Shown piece by piece: positions 1 through 12,500 of a stretch of DNA of 64,000 nt. The position numbers were made by a program, and so were the translations under genes. The stretch's first letter is position 1, and each line of letters begins with the position of its first letter. This stretch comes from Amoebophrya sp. A120 (lineage: Eukaryota; Protista; Dinoflagellata), in contig CAJINV010000008.1 in assembly GCA_905178155.1 (NCBI GenBank), positions 744,001 through 808,000 on the forward strand, in the 5' to 3' direction. Under the pieces are notes generated by a model that worked only from the letters and a program-made list of their open reading frames with translations, was not told the DNA's origin and did no database searches.

Positions 1-1125
1 GCGGTCTCGCGCTCACAGACGAGGACGTGCGAATTGCCTGTCTAAGATTTCGAGATGTGCTGCTGCAAGCAGTAGCGGAAACATGAGCATTGATTGCCTG
101 AGTAGGGGGCAAACTTGGAGAGGCTGCGGCGTCCCTGCCACTACCTAGGCAATACACTGATTTACTTTCAGTAATGGTACGCTGCTAGAAGCACGATAAA
201 AAAAGGCGGCGCGTGCCCGAAAATTAGAATAAGGTCGTAGCAAGACCGCATACATTGTTCCAGCGAGAAGTTTATCGATAGATCCCTACTTAATTCTGGA
301 TGACAACATCACGCGCAACAAAGATCCATTTCATGACGCTTTGTGTCGAAGTCCGTGGTTTGCTAAGCGGTACAGCGATTTTGCTTGACCGAGAAGACGG
401 TTCTATCTATGACGTGATGTTACTGACAGCCGCCGTTTTGGCGTCAACGAAGTAGTTAGCCGCAGCTTCATTGAACGGTCATAGTAGCAAAACTTGTATG
501 CATAGATACCGCTCTCCTGCTAAAGCATTGCCACGAGAAAGCACGCGATCCGGTGCGCATGCAAATTACAACATGTTGTTTCTGTCACTTTTGGCGTCTC
601 CAGGGGGCAGTTCATCTCTTTACTAGCTTTTTGTGTTGATGACTGCATGGTCGTCCAGTGTGCAAGTCAACCAAGGTAGCCAGTAGGAACTCTTTCACAG
701 AAAAATAAGTCATAATCTTTGCTGTGCACCACTAGACGCTTACTTGGAACATACTAACACAACCAGAGTTTCACATGCCTGTATACTATCGCTGAAAGAG
801 ACACTCCTCCTTCCGGCGTTCAACAGATAATAAACACGTAGCTCACGTCGACGGTGAAGATTGATCAGTACTTATTTTCTTACTTTAGAAGAACGGTAAT
901 AGAGACCCCATCTTCTGTGTAAAGACGTCATTATTTGACCCGCACCGGTCCGCAAGCGGGGAAGCAGCTGTCACAACAACCGTAGCAACATTTGCTTGTC
1001 ATAATATCATTGACGTCCTCACCGCCATAGGAAGAGAGGCGGTAACGAGCTAGAGATTGCCCGCATTAGGTCAACACAAGAACCACTTGCACAAGAACAC
1101 TAGAAATCGAATCAGTTCGACCAAA

Positions 1126-2070
1126 ATGTCCGGCGAAAAGAGTGAAGCGGGAAAAATGAAGATTACGGCCACTGGCCGGGTGGGGACCTATGTGTCTTAC
1201 GCCAGCAAACTCTTCAACGAAGACGAACTGGACACGTAAGAATATGACTCTTGATACAGTTGTAGTCTTCATACAGTGTAAGATTCGAGGAGCATCCGAT
1301 TGTTTTTAATCGCGTTAAGTGCATGCATGGTCAAACGCAAATCTATTTGATGAATGACTGTGGAAGTTGTACATACCAACAAAAACAGGATCTCGCTCAT
1401 CGCTACGGGAACTGCACTGCCGACCTGCGTGACCACCGCAGAAATCCTAAAGCGACGCTTCAAGGGTCTGCACCAGGTAAACAAAATCGGAACCTTGGAA
1501 ATTGAAGGAGAGGACGAGGAAAAGGAAGGCGAAGAAGCGGTACAGATAAATATGTATCCGTTCTTTTTTATCGCATGCAATCCATGCGTAGTAGTTGCAG
1601 AAGCTACGACAGGGCCGCAGGTTGTATCAATGTATGGAAAATAAATTCTGGAGGCAGTTGGGCGATTCAGTCGCTGCATGATCTGTGAAACTGACAAATA
1701 AGTCGCCGACAAAATGTATAAATAACAGGTGACCTTCACGCGGCGTGTGTCCTTTATCGACATTACCCTGACACTGAACAAAAGCAAAATCAACGTGAAA
1801 GATTCTGGGTATCAGGAGCCTCTGCCAGAGGAATTGGTCAAGGAACAGCCGAAGTCTGGCACCACCGAGGATGGCGACGAGGAGAAGCCCAAGCGAAAGA
1901 GCAAGGGTAAGGGAAAGAAGGGCAAGAAAGGCAAGGGGAAGAAGGGCGAGAAGAAGGGAAAGGGCAAGAAGGGTGAGAAGAAGGGCAAGGGTAAGAAGGG
2001 CGGGAAGAAGGGCAAGAAAGGAAAGGGGAAAAAGTCCTCGGGAACCTGGAAGAAGGCGGAAGAAGAGTGA
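1126..2070 (+). CDS. Alba-domain (Alba1/Rpp25-like) nucleic-acid-binding protein with a Lys/Gly-rich tail; exons 1126-1235, 1389-1539, 1729-2070
   Basis: Spliced product carries Alba motifs ISLIATGTALPTCVTTAEILKRRFKGLHQ and RRVSFIDITL...SGYQEPLP. Two GT-AG introns (1236-1388, 1540-1728) join the frames. Confidence 0.9.
1903..2034 (+). repeat. Purine-rich coding repeat (aag/ggc/ggg) encoding KGKKG-like units
   Basis: Translates as KGKGKKGKKGKGKKGEKKGKGKKGEKKGKGKKGGKKGKKGKGKK. Confidence 0.9.
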
Positions 2071-3436
2071 AGTGGTGAATCTTAATGGTTTTTTTTCACC
2101 GCAAGATAAAGACAGGTTTTTATCGGACTGTGTCTTACGAAAAGCGGATGAAAGAATCTCGATATTGATTCCTGTCTGCACGATCGGATCATGCTGCGCT
2201 GATCATGAAAACAACAGATTTTATTCAAGAACTCCCATGCGGTGCCTGTGATGAGCCACAATTTTCTCATCTACCATTGATGTTTTCGACTGTTTTTAGG
2301 CCACGTTCGATATTATGACATTTTTTGATGTAGCTCAAAGTTAGTTTTACACGACAACTCTTTACTCTTTACTTTGGTATCACAACCATCCGTTTGAGAA
2401 TTAGCAAGAACCAGGTTTGAACAAGGATATATTTTCATCGATTAGCAATTGACTCTTTTGGAGCGAGCAGGGGTTCGCAACGCGATGGGAGCAAGTTTCT
2501 ATCGGCACCTAGATAGAGTTAAACGCGGAGTAAACAACTGGCGCAAGAAAGCGGCACGGCATCGACAACAGGTTGCCGTTCGCTCAACACTGTAGTTTTC
2601 ATCGCTGCACCACACTTCTGCCAGCTGCAACTTTTAACACCAACTTGCCGCATCTTTACTATTTTTGCTCTTTCCCCGCGAGAAACCGCAATATTACCGC
2701 TGATCAGATTTTAATATGGGTTATACTGGTTCATTTATAGTTGTTGCCACGAGTTGTACTATAACAGTTCGTTAATAACTTCGCATCTCGATAATTGGTG
2801 CGACGTACGGACACGAAGGATCGAAACGATTACTATTTTTTTCGAAGGTAGATTCCTTCAACTTTTCGAAGAAGATAACAAGATCAACTCGACCCATTAT
2901 ATATGATCGCGAACGTTGTTTTTCGAACGGATACTAGTTCGTCCGGCAGATGATGAACCGCGATTGTTCGACGATCGCTCACCGGCGCACTAGAGTTTTA
3001 GCAGCTAGTGTGTGTTCTACCGCAGTCCTGCATGAAGGCGGACTGCGTCCCAAGCCGTAAGGAGTAGGAGCGCGAAAGGTCGTGGGGCAACCGAGCTAGG
3101 CTCTTTACCATGACAATGGATCCGGTCTTCGATCGCATTTCCAGGCTTGGAAAACAAGAAGGGTAAAAATCGCCGGAAACAAGATTATGCTCCCTGTTAT
3201 CTTCGACGGCAAGATGAAGATACATCATTCAGACTTTTTTTGTCTCTGTGTCTCCGTGTGGAAAGAAGTTGTCGTCTGCTGCTGCAAGCCAGTTTACTCG
3301 ACTGTGATCAAGACTCGACACTTGTCCTAGCTACAGAACTTGCGCTCCTTTCTTTTCTCGTTGATTTCCCGCTGCTCGTACTCTCTGCAGTCCTAAAATA
3401 ATAAAATTGTTCGATCGTAAAGAAGGGAAATTGACC

Positions 3437-5119
3437 ATGGAAGCTGATTCCTGGGCCGTTCTCGCTGCTGCTGCCGGCAAGCCTTCCCCCCGCCTGTACG
3501 AGTCTTGGGAGGACGGCCGTACGAGATTGTTCGGCGCATCGGCGAAGCCGCTCCTTCGGCTCTGGATTGATTCCGCCGTATGGCACCCCTTCGCCCTGCA
3601 GGTCTGGATGATGATCGAGGCCATGCAGATCCCGTACGAACGGCGGGTCGCACCGTTATCGGCGTATGTGAAGGAAACATCGGAAGTCGACGCGCGGCGA
3701 CTGATGTACTTAGAGCAGGAATTAGGCGCCTACGGGGCGAGCGCGGACGGAGTGCCGTACGTGCAGGAAGCCGCGGGAGCAGCAGGAGGAGGCGGAAGCA
3801 GTTCCTCCGCAAGTGCGGCGAGGACTCTGTCCTGGGGCAAGCCGTGGGGCGAGAAGTCTGCCGTCGAGTTGACGAAGAAGCTGCACAAGGTCTTCCCGCA
3901 CCACGCCCTGCTCCCACAGGAGGCGGGCCAGCGAAAAGTGCACGACCAGATGTTGGCGAATTACCCGGCGCTGCAGGGCGCGGCCTACGGCGTTTTCAAG
4001 GGGCGGGGCGGCACCGCGTCACGGGCCGCGGAGCAGAAATTCGTCGCCGCCATGGACGGTTGGGCCGCCGCGTACAGCGGAAATAATCGAAGCGGAGTTT
4101 TTTTCTTCGGAACTCTTCCCTCCGCCGTGGACGTGCTGCTGCTGCCACTCCTGGAGCGGATCGAAGCGAATGTACCGCACCCCGTGGTGGGTGGGCTGCC
4201 GCACCTGCCGCTGTCCAAGTGGCCTTCTTTGGCGAATCTTCTCGAGTTTGCGCGGCTGGACGGGGGGCGGGAATTTCCCTTTTGCTCGCTGCTCGGGGAC
4301 GCCGTTTCGGTATCCGGGGTGCGCATGGCTGTGACGGGAATGGTGGACGGCGTGCCGGCGCCGGTCCCGCCGAAGTCGGTGGAGGGCGCGGCCTCGAAGC
4401 TGGCGGAATTGAAAAGGGGGATGAGCGGGTCTTTAAGAAATGCGGGTGGAGCGGGGTCCTCCGCCCGGGGCTCGGCGCGGGCGTCATCCTCATCTTCGAG
4501 CGGGTTCAAGCTTGGTGGAGCCGGTGCTGCTTCGGTGTCCTTGGGTTTGCAAACGAAACTCAACTCGACTGCGTCTGCTTCGTCGAGAGCTGCTCCCCCC
4601 GCGCCCGATGGCGTTGAAAATTTTGCCGACTACCCGTCCGCCTGCCGCGAGGCGGCGGCGCGTTTGAGCAACAATGGCGAGCCCGTCGCGGGATTCGCTG
4701 CCGGAGGGTCCGGAACGGGCCGGCCGCGACGGGAGGCCGGCCGCAGGGGAAGACCATCTGCCGATACCGTGAAGGCCGTTGATACGCTGTTGCGCGGAGT
4801 TGCGCGGTCGCTGATAGATTGTGCCTCCTCTACTCCTACCGCGGGCGGAAACGAGCCATCAACCGCGGGCACGGCGCAGCAAGCGACGAGCATTGGCGCC
4901 CTGGTGGCACAGAATTTTGGGAAGGATGCCGCAGTGAAAGCGGCCGAGGCGTTGGCTTTTTTAGCAGAGAATACGGGCGTGCCACGAGATATGGCAGTCC
5001 GCCCAGCCGCGGTCTTTCGAGCACACAACTTGCTCTTCGCCGCAGGAGCCTGGGAGGCCGCCACGTCTCCTTCGAAATTTCCCCCGCGCAAACGAGAAAA
5101 CCGACGGGAAGATTTGTAA
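3437..5119 (+). CDS. Glutathione S-transferase-like protein, cyanobacterial/algal type, intronless
   Basis: LRLWIDSAVWHPFALQVWMMIEAMQIPYE (GST-N), FFFGTLPSAVDVLLLPLLERI (GST-C) and C-terminal VPRDM...AAVFRAH motif. Confidence 0.7.
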   Translation: MEADSWAVLAAAAGKPSPRLYESWEDGRTRLFGASAKPLLRLWIDSAVWHPFALQVWMMIEAMQIPYERRVAPLSAYVKETSEVDARRLMYLEQELGAYGASADGVPYVQEAAGAAGGGGSSSSASAARTLSWGKPWGEKSAVELTKKLHKVFPHHALLPQEAGQRKVHDQMLANYPALQGAAYGVFKGRGGTASRAAEQKFVAAMDGWAAAYSGNNRSGVFFFGTLPSAVDVLLLPLLERIEANVPHPVVGGLPHLPLSKWPSLANLLEFARLDGGREFPFCSLLGDAVSVSGVRMAVTGMVDGVPAPVPPKSVEGAASKLAELKRGMSGSLRNAGGAGSSARGSARASSSSSSGFKLGGAGAASVSLGLQTKLNSTASASSRAAPPAPDGVENFADYPSACREAAARLSNNGEPVAGFAAGGSGTGRPRREAGRRGRPSADTVKAVDTLLRGVARSLIDCASSTPTAGGNEPSTAGTAQQATSIGALVAQNFGKDAAVKAAEALAFLAENTGVPRDMAVRPAAVFRAHNLLFAAGAWEAATSPSKFPPRKRENRREDL

Positions 5120-5870
5120 ATGAAAAAGCGTCTGTGACACAAACTCACGTTGTTGGACCTGTGCAGCTGTACTTCTAGCGTGCTGGCATTGTTGCGGTGG
5201 TTACTTACTGCTCCTGTCTGATGAGCTTCCTCCAAGAAGTTCGATCTCGCTTCTCAGCGACGATAGTAAATGAGTCGGTCCCATTTTTGATTATTGTGCC
5301 GGATATCTTCAAGCACCGGACCGATGTAGGGTTTGTTCCGTACAAGGCTTGGGACATTCGGGGTTTCTCTTGCCTTCTGGCCTTCAAGCATTTTTCGCAT
5401 GTGCGGTTTCTCAGCGTGATGCTTTGGGGCCTCACACTGAAAGCGCCATTGTTCTCGGGAGTCAATTTACAGCTTCTAAAATGGACATTTGATCACGCCC
5501 TCGGGATTACTTAGCTAAAATTGTCACAGTGTGCTGGAATTATTACTATCGCTCTTGATGCACACAAGTTTTAGCAGGCTCTCTCAATGAAGCCGCGCGC
5601 GCTTTTAGCCAAGTCGTGCAGCGGTCCAGCTGTGAGTAACGCAGCTGGCGCTCAACCCCATGCAGGAATCTTTAGTGCAACATTCAGGACCAATCAGAAT
5701 CTCGTTTCGCAATGTCTGGCTCGCCTGATAGTTGTAGTTGAGGTGGTATCTAAACGGCATCCTTCGCCACTTACTTGTTTTTTGTTTCGAAAGAACGCAA
5801 AACAACTGCATACGTACTAAGGGCGCTTCGAAACACCCGTTGATTATTTGTACCTAAAAACCACACGACC

Positions 5871-7568
5871 ATGGCTACTTCCAGCACTTACTGGGCCGCA
5901 GGGGCCAGTACGAAGCTGGACGAGATTCTGATGAAAGCCAAGCAGGATTGCGACCTGATGGAGCAGAAGGCCGAGGAGCATCGGGCGGTTCTGAACGCAG
6001 CCCTATTCGCCTTTCACGCGGAGATCGGGCGCGTGAAGAAGGACCGGCGGGGCTTCGAGGACCTGTGCATCAAGATCGAGCTAGAGCTCGACAATGCCAA
6101 TGAGCAGCTCAGTTTGCTCGATCGCGAGGACGCCAAGATTCAGTACCGCGAGGACCGTAAACAGCTGCTGCGCATCACGGAGCGCCTGATTGCCCGGGAG
6201 AGCGAAGAGAAGCAAAAGTGGGAGCAGATGCTGCAGTTTCTGCAGACCAATTTCGACCTGAGCCCGGCAACGTTGGCGGCCGCAGCGTCAACGGCATCAA
6301 GTGCTCCCTTCAAGAACCACCTCGAGGAGCAAAGTGCCAGGCCAAAGTTGTCCCACGGTGGAACAACCACAGGAGGGCTTGCCGCGACCCCCACCGATGG
6401 ACACAACGGCGGTGCAACATCGCGGCAACCTCTGCACAGTGGAGCAGCCGACGACATGAACAACGCTTCCAGGACGGGGTTTTCTTCTCTTTTCACTTCC
6501 GTCAGCGACGCGGCCAACCGTGCGGGCAGTATGCTTTCGGAGACCTTGTATGGGGGCCCTTCGGTGACCGGTTCGGGGGACGGTAGAAGCAATGTGAACC
6601 TCCCAGCAGGTGGTGGGGGGAATGGCTCTTCGCGTCCCGCATCTACTACGAGCAGTAGCGCTGCGTCCTCGACGAAAGGACATCAGCACGCCACGCGCCC
6701 GAGATTGCAGGAAGAGCGGCAAATAAATGGCGGCCAGCAGCACGGTAGTAGTTTTTCAAATCCCACGTCGACGTCTCGAGCGAACAATGTCGAGAAGCTC
6801 CGGTCTTTAGGTGGTGGAGGAGGTGGGCCGACGAGTGCCGGGTCGATGAATTCTACCACTTTTACCTCAGCGTCGTCGCCAAACGACAGCGGAAGTGCGT
6901 ACCCCCCTTTATTCGGCAGCGCCACGGCTAGTAGAAATGCAGCATCCGTGCCGGAGTATGGCAGCCACCACACGTCGACCAGAGAACAACAAGAGCAAAA
7001 CGTCGGCCCGGCGTCCGCGTCTGCGTTTGACAACAGGAATGCGAACGTGCGTGGGGGCTTTAATCCGCTGCGCATGACCCCGCCGTCTTCGTCAGGAAGC
7101 GGCACGAGCGCCACGAATAGACGGCTTGCGGCTTTGGAGGCGGACGTGGTCGGGATTCTATCGGAGGACCAAAACCTGAAATCCAGCGCAGTGGGGGCGT
7201 TCCATCACAGTAGGGCAGGGGACCAGCACCTGCTCCAGCAAGAGGCCAATTTAGACGAGCGCTTCGTGCGGAAGTGCGAAGAATTTCGAGACGCCGTGCT
7301 CAGCCATCGACCGAGGCCGGGAGGCAGCGGAGGAGCCGCGCAGCAGTTGTATCCGGGGGATGGAGGCGAGTCTTTGGCACTGAACCGCCGGAATTGGCAA
7401 AATCTGTTGCTGCCGCAACTGGAAAGATCGGTTGACCAAATGCGCAATCAGCGCAAAGAGATGGCGGTCCGCGGCGGGGCCAAACCAGAGGTGCTGCAGC
7501 GCGTCGACGCGCAGTTGGATCGCAGACAGCAGCTGCAAAGGACATTGAGAAGTTTACTTCTGGCTTAA
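5871..7568 (+). CDS. Hypothetical protein with N- and C-terminal coiled coils and an S/G/T-rich linker
   Basis: 565-aa ORF, ATG in acc-ATG-g context, GC3-rich codons in the coiled-coil parts. Confidence 0.8.
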   Translation: MATSSTYWAAGASTKLDEILMKAKQDCDLMEQKAEEHRAVLNAALFAFHAEIGRVKKDRRGFEDLCIKIELELDNANEQLSLLDREDAKIQYREDRKQLLRITERLIARESEEKQKWEQMLQFLQTNFDLSPATLAAAASTASSAPFKNHLEEQSARPKLSHGGTTTGGLAATPTDGHNGGATSRQPLHSGAADDMNNASRTGFSSLFTSVSDAANRAGSMLSETLYGGPSVTGSGDGRSNVNLPAGGGGNGSSRPASTTSSSAASSTKGHQHATRPRLQEERQINGGQQHGSSFSNPTSTSRANNVEKLRSLGGGGGGPTSAGSMNSTTFTSASSPNDSGSAYPPLFGSATASRNAASVPEYGSHHTSTREQQEQNVGPASASAFDNRNANVRGGFNPLRMTPPSSSGSGTSATNRRLAALEADVVGILSEDQNLKSSAVGAFHHSRAGDQHLLQQEANLDERFVRKCEEFRDAVLSHRPRPGGSGGAAQQLYPGDGGESLALNRRNWQNLLLPQLERSVDQMRNQRKEMAVRGGAKPEVLQRVDAQLDRRQQLQRTLRSLLLA

Positions 7569-9550
7569 GATTTTTACCATCAATGACAAGGCTATCATGT
7601 GTTGATGAAGAGACTCTCCGTGAAGCTGTACGATTGGCTCCACCATTATTTTCACATCTTCTCTATTTGATGCGAAGTACTAAATCAGTCGGGTTGGCCG
7701 AATTGTGTGACTTGCGTTCGGCTGAAAAACGCGGCACCAACTTCTCAATGGTGCGTATTATATCCTGTTCGAGCCAGACGGAACATTGCCCTTTCTAATG
7801 AAGCAGAAATCTGTCGACTTTTTTTATCTCGGTCCTTGTGCGATGTCGATGAAACTTGAAACACAAGAATCACGAAGTCAGTCTTATTTAGCGATCGGTT
7901 TTGCTGCCTTTTTTGTCCAATTACACGACTGACTGGCCAGATGAATACAATAAGAACTTGCTCCTGCAGCGTCTGATATAAGAAACGAGTGGCTCTTGGT
8001 GCTGGGACTACCAGCGCATAGGATACTCCGAATGCAATTTCTTCTGCAAACCAGCATTCCAACACGTTGCTTCTGGCGTACCACCATCGCAAAACGAATC
8101 GCAAAAAACAGTGACCGTGCGATCAACACCCTGAAAATATGACTTTGTTCAAATGTTAAGTTTTGGATTTTCTCCATATTTCAGCGCATCATTCTCACCA
8201 TCACCGCCCATCAAGGAGATTGACAGTACAAGATAGATAAACACGCTAGATGAACGAATTAAACACACTTGGCGGATCTCTAGCATTTATTACCATGCAA
8301 ACTCAAACTCGCCGGACCATTTTCGTGCAAGCAGCGTGGACGAGTTCAGATCTGCCAATTTCGCGTCCTTGATATTTTTTCTTTCCCGATGTCCAATTTA
8401 CCCGTGCGCATTGATAATAGCAGATGGATCTATGTAACTTCCCCGCAATGTTCTCCCCCACGCTACGCATAGTGTTTCTCATTCATCTTTCCTCCCTCCC
8501 TTGCCCACTTGCAGTGCTCAAGCACAGCCATCCGTGATTGACGGGTTAGTCACACGAAATCTTCATAGACAGATTGAATAATTGTACCAGCACTAGTCTG
8601 TGAGTTTCATTTTCCATTTTCATTCTCTTTCATCTTCTAGCAGTTTCTTAGTAAGATACACCTGAAGCAACATAAAGTAGGAACGCTTGAAATTTTTTAG
8701 AAGGACCCGATTTCTCACGTCTCCGTTTTCGAGTGTCTTGGATGAATCCTACCCGCCGACAAGACATATCGCGGCTAGGCAATCATTTTAATACACCTAA
8801 ACTGTTTCAATTCTAATTCAGGAACTCTCATTCAACTGATTTGTTTATTCACTTTGTTGTCGAAAAGTGAGTAGTTCAAATTGATGCGTCTCTTCTGAAA
8901 CAAGTAGTTCAATAAAACCACTTTGAATATACAAAGATACAATAATTGCAGATTCTCGACCCTTGTTTGTACATGGATTACAAAGTTTGTCGGCAGGTCT
9001 GACTTTTCCTTTGAAAGGCTAGCACTGTCGAGCAATTTATTTTTTATTCGCTGCAAATCTTTCGGCGTGCGTGGTGTTTTTGGAGCCGCACGGCTAGCTG
9101 ACGGACCAAAACACAGCTACAGCTGCAACGGCACGCACGCGCGTTGGAAGAATTTAAAACAAGTACAAGATCGCATTTTCGACCCTAAGTTTCTGAACAC
9201 CCGCACCAAAAGCAGCAACAAGAAGACACGAACAAACAACAATATCATCGTGATTTCTTGCCAATCCCGCAAATAAATTTAGTAGGTGCGTCTTCGCGTC
9301 CTTCGGCAACAAGGAAGTACAAGCACAACCACAGGAATCTTGTCAGTAAAAAAGAACATCATCCTCAACTAAGAGAAAATAACACAGAACGACGGATACG
9401 AAGTATAACAAGTATAGGCCCAACACCTTTATAGCAGCACTTTTACATGGCGACCTCAGTAAGAGCGTCCCAAAAATAGTGTATAATCTCCCCCCGACGA
9501 CCCCAGACAGAATTAAGTCGGTTTCGGCGCCTGCGGCCACGTCGGCAGCG

Positions 9551-12500
9551 ATGTCGCGCGGTCAGACGAGTTTGGTGGTGAAAAACACTTTTCTGGATCT
9601 CGACGGCTCCGCCAAGGCACCGTTTCCAGAGCTCGATGACGACATCCCGCGAGCGAATACGGCACCTGTGCGAAGGTAAGCTTCTATGGTTTATTCGTTT
9701 TGCGTCCTTCGCGGTGCTGGTGCTGCGACAATGGCAATGCGTGCATGGTACATATGTGCAAAGGCACACGCTTGTGTTGTGTGAATCCTGCATGAGTAAA
9801 CCGAGCGTATGATGGTTTGCTTGTTGCGGGCATTGGGTGCAGACTCATGCGATGGACAAAGACAAACGTTGTGATACACCGTAGCTTTATCAACATTTTC
9901 GAAAATTACCAAATGAAGGACCTCATCCTCCGCGTACCGGGGCGAGGAAGACCTTCCGCCACGGCTGTACAAAATCGAGGAGCAAATATGATATCAAAAA
10001 TTGATCCCATTTCCGTTGCTGTCCGGTAGCGGAAGCGATTTTCTGTGTAGTGGCCCTTAGAACTGCACTCGAGCAAGAGCGACTATTGAAGTAGTGCAGA
10101 GATCTAGATCTTTTGCTTGTGCCGCATAAAAGATGAGACTCGATTAAACTTGCGACGTTTAAAGAAACTTCGTTGGCCGCAACATGTTGAAGAGGCAGCT
10201 ATAGTTCTGGAATGGGATCAATTGTTTCATGTGGATGCCCTGCGGTATACCGCCAGCGCAGCAGCGAGCAAGAAAATATTCCCTACCGCCAACGCACCAC
10301 CGACACGGTCGCCGCTTACCGACAGAGGACCGCCGAAAGCTCCATTCCCTACCGACAGCGAACCGCCGAGGTATGAAATTGTAAGAGGAAGGGATACAAT
10401 AAACCGGTAGTCCTGGTGGTGCAGCGTTGCTGGTCTCGTTCTCTCATCTCGAAAGACTGCAATTTTGGATCGTCGAAATGAATTGAAAGGCATGCTGGAA
10501 AAGGCGGAAAAATTTGAAATGTCGAATCAAACAAAATTTTCACAGTCCGCCGGCGGCGTACCGCGATACATAACGCGAGACCCCTTTGACGACCCGCAGG
10601 CCGGATCCTGGTCGCCCCTCTGGTACAACCGTGGCTATTACTTTCAGCTTATTCTTTGTTTTCTAAATAAATGGATGTGAATCACTGGCAACATGATGCT
10701 GAAACATTTGCAAGAACTACCGGAGAATAGTTTCATGCATGTCGTCGTTCTTTGGCTTACGGGAGGTTTTTTTACGACGGGAAGACACCTTTCCGGTGGA
10801 ACTGGAAAGAATAAAAAAGCTGTACACGAATTCACAGTTCATCAAAATTTCAGGCATGGAGCGGGTGGCACACCCCCCGCGGGCGCCGCTGGCGGCTACC
10901 CGGCACTAAGCGAGCAGCACCAGCAGATAGACATGAATTCGTACCCAGCTTCTGCTTACTTCCAGCCGCAGTCGGCTGCGCAACAGGGCGGCTACGGAAT
11001 GAGCGCGTACGATACCTACCACTCGGGCGGGAATCCGATGTCGGGAATGCTGGACAACACCGCACCGCAGTCCTCGCAGCCATACCCGGCCAACCTTGCC
11101 TACAGCAACCTAGCCTCGGCAATCGAGCATCAGCAGCGCAGCCGCTTCGGGAGCACGGCCAGCGTGATTCCCCCGCCCGGCATGATGATTTCGGTTCGCG
11201 CACGAGATCTGTATGCCTTGCTGCAGTTTGTGCAGGCGGCTACGGGTCTAGGAACGCCCGCAGCCGCCGCGCCGATGAACCCCGATGGCGCGGCTGCGGC
11301 GTCAGAGCTCGACACAGAAGGCAAGACCCGCGCGGCCATCTCGGCCATCCTGAACGCGCTCACCAACAGCGGGAGCGTCCCCGCACCCGGCTTGTATGGA
11401 GGGCATACGGCACGTCCCAGCGCGGACTCCATCCGCCTCGGGGAGGAGTTTCTCCTGCAGAACCACGGGCATGAGCCGCTGCACCTGGAAAGCCAGCCGG
11501 GCCTGGGCCGGCCCGTGGTGCTTGGAACCACGACGTCTGCGGCGACTGACACCCCCGGCGCGGCCCGCGTCAGTTTTGCCAGCAACAGCATGCAAACGGA
11601 CGGCGGCGGGAGCAACAACAACAATGTTATCGACATGAGCAGTCCGCTGAACCACACCGCTTCGCTGCCGCCGCCGCGCACGAGCAGCGGGCAGCACTCC
11701 CAACATCAGCAGCCTCCGACCAGCTTCTCGGCCCGCGCCGGCGGCACGTACTCCGCGTGGGAGGTGGTGAACACGGCGGGGAATGGCCAGAGCGTCTACA
11801 ATACACCGGTGCCGCAACAGTACTACAACACGCCGGTGGGTTCTGGGAACAACGGAGGGAACAACAACCCCTCGTTTCCCTCCTCGGACCAATACGAATA
11901 CCACGACGTCCACACGCCCTTCTTTCCCCCACAGCCACCTCCCATCGGGATGGGCAGTGGAGGCGCGGCGCACGGTGGCAAGGCCAACAATAACTGGGTG
12001 TACGACCCCGAACCGAGGACCAGTGGAACCTCAACCGGGGGAATGAACAAGGGCAGCTCCGCGGGCGGCGCCAACCCCTACGTTCCGCACTATCGGGGCG
12101 GCAAAGGCATGGGCGGGGGACACCCGCACACGACCACCGGCACGTCGAGCAAAAGTCGACGCAGTGGCGGCGCATCGGACCAGCACAACCAACGGGGGAG
12201 TGGCTACGACGAGGACCTGCACGCGCGGACTTTGCTCCCCGAGAGCGAGTTGATGCAAACGACGAACCTGAAGCCCTCCCAGGTAGACTATACCATCCCC
12301 GCAACGCCCCACGCGCTGCGCCGACAAACCTCCATCAACAGTGGGGCGCACCGGGTCACGTGGAACGTTGAGGCCAAGAGATTAAAGAGCACGGATAAGG
12401 TATTTGTTCTACTTCCTTGCCTGATTGTTGTGCGTTTCGTGATTTCATAATTGTTGAGTTGTAGACATGACAAGTCAATATCTTCATTTTCGATCAGATT

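Noticed and set aside
978-1000. ccgtagcaacatttgcttg resembling the dinoflagellate spliced leader (CCGTAGCCATTTTGGCTCAAG)
   Set aside because: Only the first 7 nt match, so it is not supportable as an SL relic.
9967-10247. Apparent non-canonical intron in the VKNTF gene
   Set aside because: An in-frame GT(9967)-AG(10204) solution exists.
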